Of a stretch of DNA of 64,000 nucleotides, positions 10,423 through 21,191 are shown piece by piece. The notes under the pieces were generated by a model that worked only from the letters and a program-made list of their open reading frames with translations, was not told the origin of the DNA and ran no database searches. The stretch covers positions 3,520,001 through 3,584,000 of the forward strand of contig OY970325.1 in the NCBI GenBank assembly GCA_963717145.1, read 5' to 3'. The stretch's first letter is position 1. Each line of letters begins with the position of its first letter. This DNA is from an uncultured Armatimonadetes bacterium. GTDB lineage: Bacteria; Armatimonadota; UBA5829; DTJY01. The position numbers and the translations under genes are program-made.

Positions 10423-11553
10423 CTACTGGTTCTGGGGTCCCTGGTTCTGCGGGTCGGCCGCTATCTGCGCCTGAACATCCCGGCCAACGACCCGCTCGCC
10501 GAGCTTCTCCAGGATCTCCTCCGGCTTGTCGGCGGCGCGGAGCATCTCCGCTCGGTCAAGCAGTCCCTTCTGGTACGCGTCGAACAGCGAAGCGTCGAGC
10601 GTCTTCATGCCGAGCTGCTGCCCGGTCTGGATGGCAGATACGATCGAGTGGGTCTTCTTCTCGCGGATCATGTGGGCGATCGCGGGAGTCGAAAGCATGA
10701 CCTCGAAGCAGGCGACGCGTCCACTGCCTCCCTTCTTGGGGAGAAGGAGCTGCGAAATGACGGCGATGAGGTTGCCACTGAGCTGAGTCCGGATCTGCTC
10801 CTGCTGATCGAACGGGAACACGTCGACGATTCGATCGACGGTTCGCGCAGCGCCGGTCGTGTGCAGGGTCGAGAATACGAGGTGGCCGGTTTCAGCAGCG
10901 GTGACCGCCGCTGAGATCGTCGCCAGGTCGCGCATCTCACCGACGAGGATGACGTCCGGGTCCTGGCGCAGGGACTTGATGACTCCTGTGGCGAAACTGG
11001 GAACATCCTTGCCGACTTCGCGCTGGGAGATGATTGACTTCTTGGCCTGGTGATAGTACTCGATCGGGTCCTCGATGGTGATGATGTGGCAGTCCCGGTT
11101 CTCGTTGATGAAGTCGATCATCGTGGCGAGGGTGGTGGTCTTGCCACTTCCGGTCGGCCCGGTTACCAGGACCAGTCCCCTGGGAGCGTAGAGAAGTCGC
11201 TGGAGTCGCTTGTCGAGGCCGATCTCCTCGAACGTCAGCAGCGTGAAGGGGATCAGGCGCATGTTGATGGCGATGGTGTCTTTCTGCGTGAAGACGGCGC
11301 ACCGGAAACGCGCGCGGTCGCCGAACGAGAAACCGAAGTCCGCGCCCTGCACCTCTTCGACCTCTGCCAGCGACCTCGGCTTGGCGATCTGCCTCATCAG
11401 GTCATCGGTGGTCTTGGCATCAAGCACGCCGAACTCATCGAGCCTCTTGAGCCGGCCATGCAGGCGCAGGGTTGGCGGCTCACCGACAACCATGTGGATG
11501 TCCGACCCGCCGAGATCAACTGTCCGGTCGAGAATATCGTTAATGTTCAGCAT
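10423..11553 (-). CDS. pilT: Type IV pilus retraction ATPase PilT
   Basis: GSDIH, Walker A GPTGSGKTTT, TIEDPIEY, LRQDPDVILVGEMRD, AAETGHLVFSTLHT, GMKTLD. Confidence 0.93.
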   Translation of the reverse strand: MLNINDILDRTVDLGGSDIHMVVGEPPTLRLHGRLKRLDEFGVLDAKTTDDLMRQIAKPRSLAEVEEVQGADFGFSFGDRARFRCAVFTQKDTIAINMRLIPFTLLTFEEIGLDKRLQRLLYAPRGLVLVTGPTGSGKTTTLATMIDFINENRDCHIITIEDPIEYYHQAKKSIISQREVGKDVPSFATGVIKSLRQDPDVILVGEMRDLATISAAVTAAETGHLVFSTLHTTGAARTVDRIVDVFPFDQQEQIRTQLSGNLIAVISQLLLPKKGGSGRVACFEVMLSTPAIAHMIREKKTHSIVSAIQTGQQLGMKTLDASLFDAYQKGLLDRAEMLRAADKPEEILEKLGERVVGRDVQAQIAADPQNQGPQNQ

Positions 11554-11589
11554 CCGGTCCCCCCTTGTCAGCGAACTCCAGTCGAGCCA

Positions 11590-11618
11590 GGTATAACACA
11601 ACGAGCCGGGCTTGTCAA
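11590..11618 (-). promoter_or_regulatory. Sigma70-type promoter for pilT
   Basis: Minus strand TTGACA-N17-TATACC with TG extension. Confidence 0.55.
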
Positions 11619-11763
11619 CGTGCGGGACTCCTCTTGCTACTGCTCAGGGAAAATGTCCCGTGCAGGAACTCAACCTGGACATCAAGGACAACGCTTCCCA
11701 GGCATCGAACCATTAGCACTGAGCCCGGCTCCGGCAGGAACGAGCCGGCATAGGAGGAAACGA

Positions 11764-13264
11764 TTGCATAGTACCCACCACATTCTGTCCGCCGCACTCT
11801 TACTGCTCATCGTCGGATCGGCCTATGCCGCATACTCGCCGCCGGGGTTCGCGCTCGATATGTGGTTTATCAAGGAGAAGGGGGTCTGGCATCAGTTCGA
11901 GCTGAACGGCCCGCATCCGAGCGACTGGGACAAGCAGTGGCCGCCGCTCAATCAGCCCGACCGGCCACCGTTGGCATGGTTCGAGCAGGGCGTCTTCCAC
12001 TCGACCTCCAAAGACCTCATCACCTGGAAGGACGAGGGGGTCGCCATCACCATCGGGAAGCCGGGCGAATGGGACGACGGCAAGATCGCGAGCGGCAACA
12101 TCGTCAAGCACGAGGGCACATTCTACCTCTTCTATCCGGGCATCCGCGAGCACGTGAGGTCCGGGCGAGTGCTTTACCCCGATCGGCGTGGCGACCTCGA
12201 AGGATATGGTTCACTGGACGAAGCATCCCGACAACCCGGTGATGGTTCCCGACGGCAAGATCTACGATCCCGCAGGCAATTGGCGCGACTGCAGCTTCCT
12301 GTGGGACTCGAAGCAGAAGGTGTGGTACACGGTGGTATGCGCGACTGCGATGGGAGAAGGCCCGATCGAGAGCCGGGGGTGCATCGCCCTGTTGAAGTCC
12401 GCAGATCTGATCCACTGGGAGGCGCTCCCGCCGCTCGTGGTGTCGGACCGGTACACTCTCGGCATGGAGCTTCCGTTCCTCTTCAAGCACGGGAGCAAGT
12501 GGTATCTCGGCCATTCGATGTACAGCAACTACTTCTCCAAGGACTGGCTCGCGAAGCACCCGGAGGTCGAGGCCAGGGGCGGCGTCCACTACATGATCGG
12601 CGACAGCATGTTCGGCCCGTTCACGATCCCCGAGGACGACTGCCTCGGATGCCAGCCCGATCCGCCGCCGTATGCCATGCAGCTCATCGACGAGGGCGGA
12701 GAGAAGCTCTTCATGCACTGGGGGCCGGTCCGATATGCCACCGCCCTGCCGAAGAAGATCGAGTTCCTGCCCAGCGACCTGATGCGGCTGGTCTACTGGA
12801 AGGGGACCGAGAAGGCCCGGAAGGAGTCGCTGCTCGAAGACGGACCACGCGAGTTCGAGTTGGAGGGGGCGTCGTCCGCAGATGTCGGCGCTCCGGTGAC
12901 GGACTGCTTCTTTGAGGGGACGGTCTCCGGCGGGACGGTCGGATTCGCGCTGGGGGACGCGCTCCTGATCTCTGTCGATGCATCCACCGGCGTCGTGAAG
13001 TCGCTCACTCCGGCGGATCGAAGTCCACGCGCAGGAAGATCAGCCAAGTCGTCCGCCGGCCCGATCCGCGTGAGGCTCGTCGTGGACGGCTCGGTCACCG
13101 ATGTCTACGCGAACGACATCTGGCTCTTCGCCGAGCACTGCGGCCGCCCGAATCCCGACCAGGCGCGCCTTATCGCCCTCAGCGGCAAGTCCACCGTGGA
13201 CAAGGTCCGCCTCGACCGCCTGGTGACCGGCAACCCGATCCATCACTACGGGTTCAACTACTAG
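11764..13264 (+). CDS. Secreted five-bladed beta-propeller glycoside hydrolase (GH32/GH43-like), frameshift near 12160-12190
   Basis: AGGAGG then TTG start and signal peptide; DMWF, SKDLITW, WRDCS, SADLIHW, MELP; C-terminal beta-sandwich VVDGSVTDVYAN. Confidence 0.7.
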
Positions 13265-13303
13265 GCGAGTCTCCAGTGTCCGCAGGGACACTTCGTGCAG
13301 TTG

Positions 13304-13332
13304 TTGCCGTGGTTTCAACCGCCTGGTATAAT
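13304..13332 (+). promoter_or_regulatory. Sigma70-type promoter
   Basis: TTGCCG-N17-TATAAT with TG extension, directly before ATG 13342. Confidence 0.65.
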
Positions 13333-13341
13333 ATGTCGACT

Positions 13342-13659
13342 ATGCGCAAAGAAACCAAGCAGAATAGCCAACCTGATACTCTCGCCGAAGATGAGGCCGC
13401 TCGGAAGGCTGTAAAAGCCTGGATACCTGAGTTCCGTAACATCGAGGAAATGGATGCCTGGTGGGATGCGCAGGAGAAAGTCGAGGCGAATGTTGACCCC
13501 CGTCTGCTTGAGCGAGTCAAGTCATCGATCAGACTGTCTCGCAGGGCCATCGACGGCTACAACTACCTTGCGAAGGAGAAAGGCCTCCGCTCAGGTCAGA
13601 CGCTGATGAAGATCGTGCTGGGCAACTATCTGGCGAAGAACCTGCCCGAAGATTTCTGA
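13342..13659 (+). CDS. CopG/BrnA-like antitoxin (RHH)
   Basis: IPEFRNIEEMDAWWD...SIRL...AKEKGLRSGQTLMK resembles CopG-type antitoxins. Confidence 0.6.
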   Translation: MRKETKQNSQPDTLAEDEAARKAVKAWIPEFRNIEEMDAWWDAQEKVEANVDPRLLERVKSSIRLSRRAIDGYNYLAKEKGLRSGQTLMKIVLGNYLAKNLPEDF

Positions 13660-13696
13660 CGACGGAGCACATCCACTGGTTCGTGGAGGTAACGAC

Positions 13697-14126
13697 ATGA
13701 TACGATTCTTCAGGCCCACAGGACGTCAAGTCGCCATTGCGTGCCTGTCGGGAGGCGCGGTGGGAGGTATCACGGTCATCGCGTTGATCCACTTGTTCGG
13801 CCGGTTTGCCCGAGCAACCCTGGCAACACCAGGTTGCCTTTCTCGGTATCTTGGTGCTCGCGAGCGTCCCGGTAACAGTCATAGTCAGCGGACGGGCGGC
13901 GATCACCCATCCCGGCGGTCCCGGCACGTACCTGGACAACGTACCGTACTCGCTCGTGGGGGTCTCACAGGGCATCATTCTCGTCAACACGTTTGATAGG
14001 ATTGCCCGTTGGAGAGACGGCTGGCCGTCAGGCGTCGCCACGCTCCTCGTTGTCTCTATCTGCGCCTACATTGGCGCATTGGTGACGGTGGCGTGGCTGC
14101 TGGTTCACTGGTCGCGGAAGGCCTAA
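13697..14126 (+). CDS. Small membrane protein, apparent frameshift near 13800
   Basis: GGAGG then ATG 13697; hydrophobic segments continue in ORF 13806..14126. Confidence 0.4.
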
Positions 14127-14127
14127 C

Positions 14128-16062
14128 TTGCATTTCGGACTTCAGACTCGTGTTCTTCTCATTTTGATGCTCATCGGATGCGCGACATCCGCGAGGTGCG
14201 ATATGCCTTCTCCGTGGAAAGCCTGGCAGCCGATCGCGGTCCGGGGACGAGAGGCCCGCGTGTGGGGGCGCGAATACCGGCTCAATGAGATCGGCCTCCC
14301 CGCGCAGATCACGTCCGCGGGCGTCCCACTGCTCGCCGAACCCACGAGCCTCGACATCGTCGCCGACGGTCAGGCGGTCGGATGGAGCAAGACATCCGGC
14401 CACTGGACTCGGGTCGGTTCGACGAGCGCCCGGTACGCCTTCAGCGCCGATTCGCCCCACCTGACGCTCAGGATCGCCGGACTGATCGAGCCGGACGGGA
14501 TGTGGCGCATCGATCTCGACCTGATCCCGAAGCATCCGATCAACCTCGACCGCATGCGTCTCGTGATCACGCTCGACCCTGCGCATGCGGGGCTCATGCA
14601 CTGGTATCCCCTGCCGAGGAACTGGCCGAACGTCACGTTCTTCGACCGCGCGTTCCAGAATTCCGGCGCTCGTCCCAGGGAATGGGAGTCACCGTTCACG
14701 CCTCTGGTGTGGATCGGCGATGAAGAGCGCGGCCTCGAGTGGTTCTGCGAGTCGGACGAGACCTGGAGGCCCGAGGGATCGGCGCTCACTGTGCGGGAAC
14801 TCGGCGGGTCGGTCGCCTTCACCGCCCACGTGATCGAGCGCCCGATCGAGCTGTCGTCGCCCTATCGCCTCACGTTCGGGCTGCAGGCAGGCCCCGTCAA
14901 GCCGAAGTCGCCGCTGGTCGTTCAGGGCGATGTCGGCTATGGGCACTGGGCGACGTATGAGAATACGGACGCCGCTCGGCTCGAGGTGCTGAAGGGCCAG
15001 GGGATGAAGTTCGTCGGCATGCACGAGGATTGGACCGACCTCCAGGGGATGCCGAGGGTCACTCAGCCGGAGAAGCTGCGCCGCCTGGCGGACGACGTCC
15101 ATCGCGCGGGGATGGGCCTGGTGCTCTACCATTCGCTCGCGCTGCCGGACATCGCGCCGGAGTTCGGCGCGCTCGCCGACGACGCCCTCTGCGAGCCGAG
15201 GACCGCGAACTATGTTCATTCGCGGCAGCCCGATCAGCGCGATTACCCCGTCTGCCATCGGAGCGCGTATCCCGCGATCTGGGCCGAGGGGATCGCCGGC
15301 CTCTTTGCGGATTACGGCATCGACGGCCTCTATCTCGACGGAGCGGCGTGTCCGATCCCGTGCGCGAACGGGCGGCATGGGTGCGGCTACACCGATGCTC
15401 AGGGGAAGCTGCATCCCACGTATCCGATATTCGCGGCGCGGGAGACGATGAAACACCTGCGGACGATCTGCGAGTCGCAGTCGAGGCCGACGCTCATCGT
15501 GGCGCATATGTCCGCCATGATCACGCTGCCCTCGCTCTCGTTTGCCGACGTGCTGCTCACGGGCGAGCAGTACTGGAAGTCGCCGGAGGACTACCGCCCG
15601 CCGATCGAGTTCTTCCGCGCGGAGTGCATGGGGCACAATCACGGGATTCCGACGCACTTCATCGGTTATCCGCCGCTCGGTGGGGATTACGCGCGCACGA
15701 TGATCGGGCTGCACAACGCGCCGAGCCCGTGGTGTCCCGGCGGCGTGGACATGTGGCGCATCTATAAGGAGTTCGACGCCGACGGCGCGAAGTTCACGCC
15801 CTACTGGGTCCCGAAGTCACTCGCCTCCGCCGATGTCCCGGACGTGCTGGTATCGGGCCTGGTGCATCCGGATGGAAGGGCACTGCTGGCGGTCGGCAAT
15901 CTGCGGCAGTCCCGTCAGACGGTGACGATCACCCTCGGAGCGGAGGTCGGCGGGTTCCGGTCCGCGAGGGATCCGCAGACCGGCGCGAAGTTCGACATCG
16001 TCTCAGGCCGCATCCGCCTCGACCTCAGCCCGGAAGCCCTTCAGTGGCTCCTCCTCGACTAG
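14128..16062 (+). CDS. Secreted glycoside hydrolase-like protein (DUF6067-type TIM barrel)
   Basis: Signal peptide; WIGDEERGL, FGLQAGPVK, GIDGLYLDG, R..MK.L, AHMS, GEQ, FTPYW. Confidence 0.6.
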   Translation: MHFGLQTRVLLILMLIGCATSARCDMPSPWKAWQPIAVRGREARVWGREYRLNEIGLPAQITSAGVPLLAEPTSLDIVADGQAVGWSKTSGHWTRVGSTSARYAFSADSPHLTLRIAGLIEPDGMWRIDLDLIPKHPINLDRMRLVITLDPAHAGLMHWYPLPRNWPNVTFFDRAFQNSGARPREWESPFTPLVWIGDEERGLEWFCESDETWRPEGSALTVRELGGSVAFTAHVIERPIELSSPYRLTFGLQAGPVKPKSPLVVQGDVGYGHWATYENTDAARLEVLKGQGMKFVGMHEDWTDLQGMPRVTQPEKLRRLADDVHRAGMGLVLYHSLALPDIAPEFGALADDALCEPRTANYVHSRQPDQRDYPVCHRSAYPAIWAEGIAGLFADYGIDGLYLDGAACPIPCANGRHGCGYTDAQGKLHPTYPIFAARETMKHLRTICESQSRPTLIVAHMSAMITLPSLSFADVLLTGEQYWKSPEDYRPPIEFFRAECMGHNHGIPTHFIGYPPLGGDYARTMIGLHNAPSPWCPGGVDMWRIYKEFDADGAKFTPYWVPKSLASADVPDVLVSGLVHPDGRALLAVGNLRQSRQTVTITLGAEVGGFRSARDPQTGAKFDIVSGRIRLDLSPEALQWLLLD

Positions 16063-16094
16063 GCCTCACCATCAATGGCGAGTCTAGCGGGCAG

Positions 16095-16149
16095 GAAGCA
16101 TGCTGAAGCAAGCTGATCCATGTGGGCCGAGCTTGCTTCAGCATGCTTC
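16095..16149. repeat. Inverted repeat (REP-like or terminator)
   Basis: Perfect 20-bp arms GAAGCATGCTGAAGCAAGCT and AGCTTGCTTCAGCATGCTTC. Confidence 0.8.
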
Positions 16150-17208
16150 GGAGCTAGCCTGATGCTTGAACATCAGGGCACTCGCGTGAACGGAGTAGCG
16201 GTTGTCGTTACCGCATAGCAAACCCAGCTGCTGTCTACCGGTATTATTACCAGTTTTTCACCATCATCGAGCTTGATTTCCAGAAAACCGGTGTATTGCC
16301 CCTTGACAAATGCGCAGGTGCTGGATACCTTGTGCGCAACGGCAAGCTGCCACAGAGCAGCCGCCATAACGACAAGGAGGAGTAGAGATGAACACGAAAC
16401 AGATTCTGGCAGTATCGGTAGTGGCGATAGCAGTGGCGTTCACGTCGCTGTCCACCGCGCAAGCAACCTCGCTGAGGTACAACGTTATTGACCTCGGCAC
16501 ACTCGGGGGGATCAGCAGTTCAGCGACCGCCATCAACTCAAGCGGTCAGGTCACAGGGTATTCGTACGCTCCCGGTGATTCGCGCGGGCATGTCTTCCTG
16601 TACAGCGGAGGCGGACCGATGCAGGACCTGGGGAGACTCCCCGGCTCAGATCCCGATCAGGCCTCGGTGGGCGAAGCCATCAATGATTCGGGAGTTATCG
16701 TGGGTTACGGAGGCTACTATCCCTGGCGTGCTCTGATATGGGATTCCGCGAACGGGATGAGAGTGCTCGACGTGCCGGGATCGCAACCCTATAAAGAAGC
16801 CTACGACATCAACAACACCGGACACGTGGTCGCGAACGAGGAGGCCCATAATGGAAACCCCGCCAATGCTTACATTCAGAGGAACGGTTCGTGGACACAG
16901 ATTCCCGCTCTCTCCGGTTACCCGAACATGGTTCCACATGCCATCAATAATCAAGACCAAGTCGTAGGGATGGCGAGGCCAGGTGCCTGGCCGTCGACGT
17001 CATATCACGCTTGGATGTGGGATGAGTCCGGCGGCACGCGCGACCTGGGTGCTCTAGGAGGGGCGCAATCGGGTGCTGTGGACGTGAACGATGCAGGTGA
17101 CGTCGTCGGGTGGGCAGACACAACCTCAGGCGACAGACACGCATTCCTCTACAGTGGAGGGACCATGCGGGACCTGGGCACACTGGGAGGTACATATAGT
17201 CAGGCTAG

Positions 17209-18796
17209 CAGCCTGTCCATGAAATAACCTCTGGCGCAAGGTGCCAGGTATGTAGTAAAATACGGGTATGAGCAAGCCATACCTTCCTTATCAACCTGAC
17301 CAGATATTGCTGTTGCCGCCCTTGATGTCGGAGTGGCTGCCCGAGGGACATCTCGCATACTTTGTGAGCGATGTCGTAGACAGTCTCGACCTTTCCGCGA
17401 TATACGCCTCATACGAGAAAGAGGCCCGAGGAGCGCCGCCGTTCCATCCGGCAATGCTTACAAAGATCATATTCTACGGTTTGTGCCGGGGAGTGTATTC
17501 ATCTCGAAAGCTCTCCCTGGCCACGTATGAAGATGTAGCCTTCCGGGTGCTTGCGGCAGGAAATCATCCCGACTTCCGCACGATAAGCGAGTTCAGGAAG
17601 AGGCATCTCAAGTCCCTTGCGGACCTGTTTGTGCAAGTGCTCAGGCTATGCGCAAGCGCCGGGCTTGTGTCGATGAAACACATAGCCATAGACGGAACAA
17701 AGCTGCTTGCCAACGCAAGCAAGCACTCCGCCATGAGCTACTCTCGGATGGTCGAGAAAGAAAAAGAGCTTCAGGCTGAGATCGAGGCGCTCCTTGCGAA
17801 GGGTCTTTCTGTGGACGACCAGGAAGACGCGGAATATGGTCTTGACCGCCGAGGAGACGAACTCCCGGAGGAACTCGCAACCAGAGAGAAGCGGCTCGCC
17901 AAGATCAGGGAAGCAAAAGAAGCGCTGGAGCGCGAGGCCAAAGAGCGAGCATCAGCCGAAGAAGCGATGCGAGCCCAAGAGAAGGCGGAGCAGGAAGCAT
18001 CCGGGAAGAAGCCTCGCGGCAGAGAGCCGGGGCCCGTAAAGACAGAGCCGGAAGGGAAGGCACAGCGGAACTTCACAGACCCGGAAAGCCGGATAATGAA
18101 GGACGCAAAGAAAGCCTTCGTGCAGGCATACAACGGACAAGCTGCGGTAGACGCAGATCATCAGATTGTAGTGGCGTGTGATCTCACGAACCAGGCAGCG
18201 GACTCACCGCATCTTAGTGACATGATCGAGGCAATCAAGGAGAACACCGGAAAGAAACCGGAAGAAGTATCCGCCGATGCCGGATACTTCAGCAGCGACA
18301 ACATAGAGATGGTCGAGCAGCAAGGGATCGACGCTTATATACCGCCTGACAGACAACGTCATGGCAAAGAGCCGACGGCGCCTTCCTGCCTTGATCCGGC
18401 AAAGCAATCCGCCGCAGATCGCCAGAGAGCAAAGCTCTTGACTCCTCTTGGCCGAAAGATCTACGGGAGGCGGAAGGAGACGGTAGAGCCGGTGTTCGGC
18501 CAGATCAAGAGCGCACGGAACTTCCGAGGCTTCCTACTCCGAGGCCTTGCGAAAGCGAAGTCGGAGTGGACGCTTGCGTGTCTTGGGCACAACATGCTGA
18601 AGCTATACCGATACGGCGACCGGAAATCGATCTTCGATACGTAGATATATGACCTGGATCAGGCTGATTATCAAGGTACAAGGGGTCTTTACAGACCCTC
18701 GCCGGAAATCCGGCGAAAAACACTATCGAACAGCAGCCAGCGCGACCCCGCAGATGGGAAACTCACCCACATAGCGGGGAATTCTCAGACAGGCTG
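17209..18796 (+). mobile_element. IS1182-family insertion sequence
   Basis: Ends CAGCCTGTC and GACAGGCTG; CTAG duplicated at 17205-17208 and 18797-18800. Confidence 0.9.
17268..18644 (+). CDS. IS1182 family transposase
   Basis: WLPEGHLAYF, PFHPAML, PDFRTISEFR, IDGTK, NFTDPES, ADAGYFS, VEPVFGQIK. Confidence 0.93.
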   Translation: MSKPYLPYQPDQILLLPPLMSEWLPEGHLAYFVSDVVDSLDLSAIYASYEKEARGAPPFHPAMLTKIIFYGLCRGVYSSRKLSLATYEDVAFRVLAAGNHPDFRTISEFRKRHLKSLADLFVQVLRLCASAGLVSMKHIAIDGTKLLANASKHSAMSYSRMVEKEKELQAEIEALLAKGLSVDDQEDAEYGLDRRGDELPEELATREKRLAKIREAKEALEREAKERASAEEAMRAQEKAEQEASGKKPRGREPGPVKTEPEGKAQRNFTDPESRIMKDAKKAFVQAYNGQAAVDADHQIVVACDLTNQAADSPHLSDMIEAIKENTGKKPEEVSADAGYFSSDNIEMVEQQGIDAYIPPDRQRHGKEPTAPSCLDPAKQSAADRQRAKLLTPLGRKIYGRRKETVEPVFGQIKSARNFRGFLLRGLAKAKSEWTLACLGHNMLKLYRYGDRKSIFDT

Positions 18797-19242
18797 CTAG
18801 GGGCATCAACCTCAGCGGCCGGGTAGTGGGCGGGTCGTACATCGCCTCTGACTCGGCAGCACACGCCTTCGTCTACGACAATGGTTCGATGTATGATCTC
18901 AATGGCCTGATCGACCCATCGTCGGGTTGGGTACTAAGCTGGGCCACAGCCATCAACAAGAACGGCTGGATTGCGTGTGATGGTATCACTGCTGACGGTC
19001 AGACCCACGCTCTTCTGCTGAAACCTGTTCCCGAACCATCATCCCTACTTGCCCTTGCAGGCGGTCTTGGATTCCTGGTCCCGATGTTTCGCCGTCGCAA
19101 GTAATCCCACACAGCACCCTGGATCAGGCCGGGCACCAAGTCCCGGCCTGACCCTTCCCAGATCTCTGTTCTGCTGTACCCGTATCTCCGACTCCGCCTT
19201 GGCCAGCCTGGAGAAGGGAGAACAGACACCCTTTTCCTCGTG

Positions 19243-19932
19243 TTAGAAGCGCCAAAGTGCTGCCTCGAACCGCTCGGAGTAGATGCCGTCCGCGCGGCGG
19301 TTCATCCCCAGTATCCTCTCGGCGAAGGTGATCCCTCGGGTCGCCTGGTTTCGCGCGCTCTGCGACCGATGGCACTCCAGGAGCGACGACTTCCATAGCG
19401 CTTCGTCTTCGCCGAATGTCACCTCCACGTTCGGATGGAAGTCCTCGGACTTCGGATCCTCGTTGCCGAGCGCCAGGAGCGGCCGTGTCACCGAATCGGC
19501 CCACTGAGCGAACCACTCGTACACCAGGCGGTGAGTTGGATTGGAGTCCTTGCGGTGGGGCAGGAGCACCACATCAGGCTGCAGGGTGTCGAGCAGATAG
19601 GTCATTGCACGGCGATTCGCCTCAGTCGGGGCCAGCTCGCCTTCGTCGGTTTCCTCAGCCGCGAGGAAGTAGAGCCGGTCCGGTGGCAGGCCGAAGAGGC
19701 GGGCCGACTCGCGTTGTTCGGCCATACGCGCTTCGGTCTTCATCCGCCGATCGGGGCCACAGAAGTCGTCGCTCACCCCGGACCAGCCCGACGTGACGAC
19801 CGCCCAGTGCAACTCCCAGCCCCGATCGGCCAGGAGGCGAAGGGTCACCGCGATCACATCCGGATCGTCCGGATGAGGGGCCAGCGCCAATGCGATCCCC
19901 CGACCCCACACGACCGGATCCGTCAGCCGCAC
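19243..19932 (-). CDS. PIG-L/LmbE family deacetylase
   Basis: LAPHPDD, R..EQ, D..PTH, HRSQ. The track start lies inside the 8-bp repeat, so GTG 19932 is preferred. Confidence 0.75.
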   Translation of the reverse strand: MRLTDPVVWGRGIALALAPHPDDPDVIAVTLRLLADRGWELHWAVVTSGWSGVSDDFCGPDRRMKTEARMAEQRESARLFGLPPDRLYFLAAEETDEGELAPTEANRRAMTYLLDTLQPDVVLLPHRKDSNPTHRLVYEWFAQWADSVTRPLLALGNEDPKSEDFHPNVEVTFGEDEALWKSSLLECHRSQSARNQATRGITFAERILGMNRRADGIYSERFEAALWRF

Positions 19933-19941
19933 AAACTCCGG

Positions 19942-20002
19942 ACTCCCACACTCCCATACACCCATACTCCCACACCCCCACTCCCCCATTCTCCCATTCC
20001 CA
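19942..20002. repeat. 8-bp tandem repeat (CTCCCAYA)n, degenerate
   Basis: actcccacactcccatacacccatactcccacaccccc...ctcccattccca between divergent genes. Confidence 0.8.
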
Positions 20003-20054
20003 CCGTCGCCCCTCCTGTGCTACAATCAGCCATCGCCAACCAGGGAGGATTCCC

Positions 20055-21122
20055 ATGCTGCCCAAGACGATGAAGGCCGTCGTCACATACGGCCCGGAGG
20101 ACTACCGGCTCGAGGAAGTGCCGACCCCGCAGGCCGGCCCCGGCGAGGTCATCATCAAGGTCGATCACGCGGGAGTCTGCGCGAGTGACGTGAAGTGCTT
20201 CACCGGCGCTCATCACTTCTGGGGCACTGGTGGCGCGTGCGAGCCGCCGATCATCGCGGGCCACGAGTTCGCCGGTGAGGTCGTTCAACTCGGCGAAGGC
20301 GCGGGGGAGAAGCACGGCCTGGCGATCGGCGACCTGGCGGTCTCGGAGCAGATCGTCCCCTGCTGCGAGTGCCGATACTGCACGACCGGCAAGTACTGGC
20401 TCTGCAGGCGAGCGGACGTCTACGGCTTCCACCAGAATGTGCCGGGCTCGTGGGCCGAGTACATGAAGTTTCCCGCCAACTCGCGCAACTACAAGCTGCC
20501 CGCGGGAATCTCCCGGACCGCCGCCGCCGCGATCGAGCCGCTCGCGTGCTCGATCCACGCCGTTCAGCGCGCCCAGATCCAACTCGGCGATGTCGTGGTG
20601 ATCGCGGGCGCGGGGACTCTCGGCCTCGGGATGGTCGGCGTGGCAAAGCTGCTCACTCCATCGCTGCTGATCTCGATCGACCCGAAGGACTACCGGCTCG
20701 AAGTCGCGAAACAGCTAGGCGCGGCCCTCACGCTGAACCCCGACCGGGAGGATGTCGTCGCCCGCGTGCTCGATCTCACTCAGGGCTACGGGTGCGATGT
20801 CTTTATCGACGCGACCGGCTACCCGGAGTCGGTGCTCCCCGGCCTGCTGATGCTCCGGAAGCTGGGCACGTTCGTGGAGTACGGCGTCTTCCGCGAGCCG
20901 GCGACGATCGACTGGACGATCATCGGCGACAAGAAGGAGCTGAGCGTCCTCGGAGCGCACCTCGCGCCGTACACGTTCCCGCTCGCGATCGACTACATCA
21001 TGCAAGGCCTCGTCGATGTCTCGCCGATCGTGACCCACGAATTGCCGCTCGAAGACTACGAGGCCGCCCTCCACATGGTCCACGAGGCGACCGTCTCGAT
21101 CAAGGTGCTCCTGAAGCCGTAG
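20055..21122 (+). CDS. Zn-dependent polyol dehydrogenase (erythritol/L-threitol dehydrogenase-like)
   Basis: GVCASD, GHEF, structural Zn CxxCxxC...C, GAGTLG; WTIIGDKKEL segment as in EltD-type enzymes. Confidence 0.8.
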   Translation: MLPKTMKAVVTYGPEDYRLEEVPTPQAGPGEVIIKVDHAGVCASDVKCFTGAHHFWGTGGACEPPIIAGHEFAGEVVQLGEGAGEKHGLAIGDLAVSEQIVPCCECRYCTTGKYWLCRRADVYGFHQNVPGSWAEYMKFPANSRNYKLPAGISRTAAAAIEPLACSIHAVQRAQIQLGDVVVIAGAGTLGLGMVGVAKLLTPSLLISIDPKDYRLEVAKQLGAALTLNPDREDVVARVLDLTQGYGCDVFIDATGYPESVLPGLLMLRKLGTFVEYGVFREPATIDWTIIGDKKELSVLGAHLAPYTFPLAIDYIMQGLVDVSPIVTHELPLEDYEAALHMVHEATVSIKVLLKP

Positions 21123-21130
21123 GAATTCTG

Positions 21131-21167
21131 TTGACAAAAGGTTTGCTTTATGCTATATATGGAATAA
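21131..21167 (+). promoter_or_regulatory. Toxin-antitoxin promoter with overlapping imperfect palindrome (putative operator)
   Basis: TTGACA-N17-TATATA with TG extension; TTATGCTATATATGGAATAA (21148-21167) is 16/20 self-complementary. Confidence 0.6.
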
Positions 21168-21191
21168 TCAGATTGGAGCGCAGCGCCCATC

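Larger units (their letters stand above)
16388..19104 (+). pseudogene. HAF-repeat PEP-CTERM extracellular protein interrupted by IS1182
   Basis: DLGTLGG..S.A..IN..GQV repeats. Removing the IS and one TSD restores ...YSQARGINLSGRVVG... in frame (374 aa), ending VPEPSSLLAL...RRRK. Confidence 0.9.

Noticed and set aside
16180-16380. Riboswitch upstream of the PEP-CTERM gene
   Set aside because: AT-richer region with a TTGACA box and weak symmetry only; no aptamer consensus recognised.
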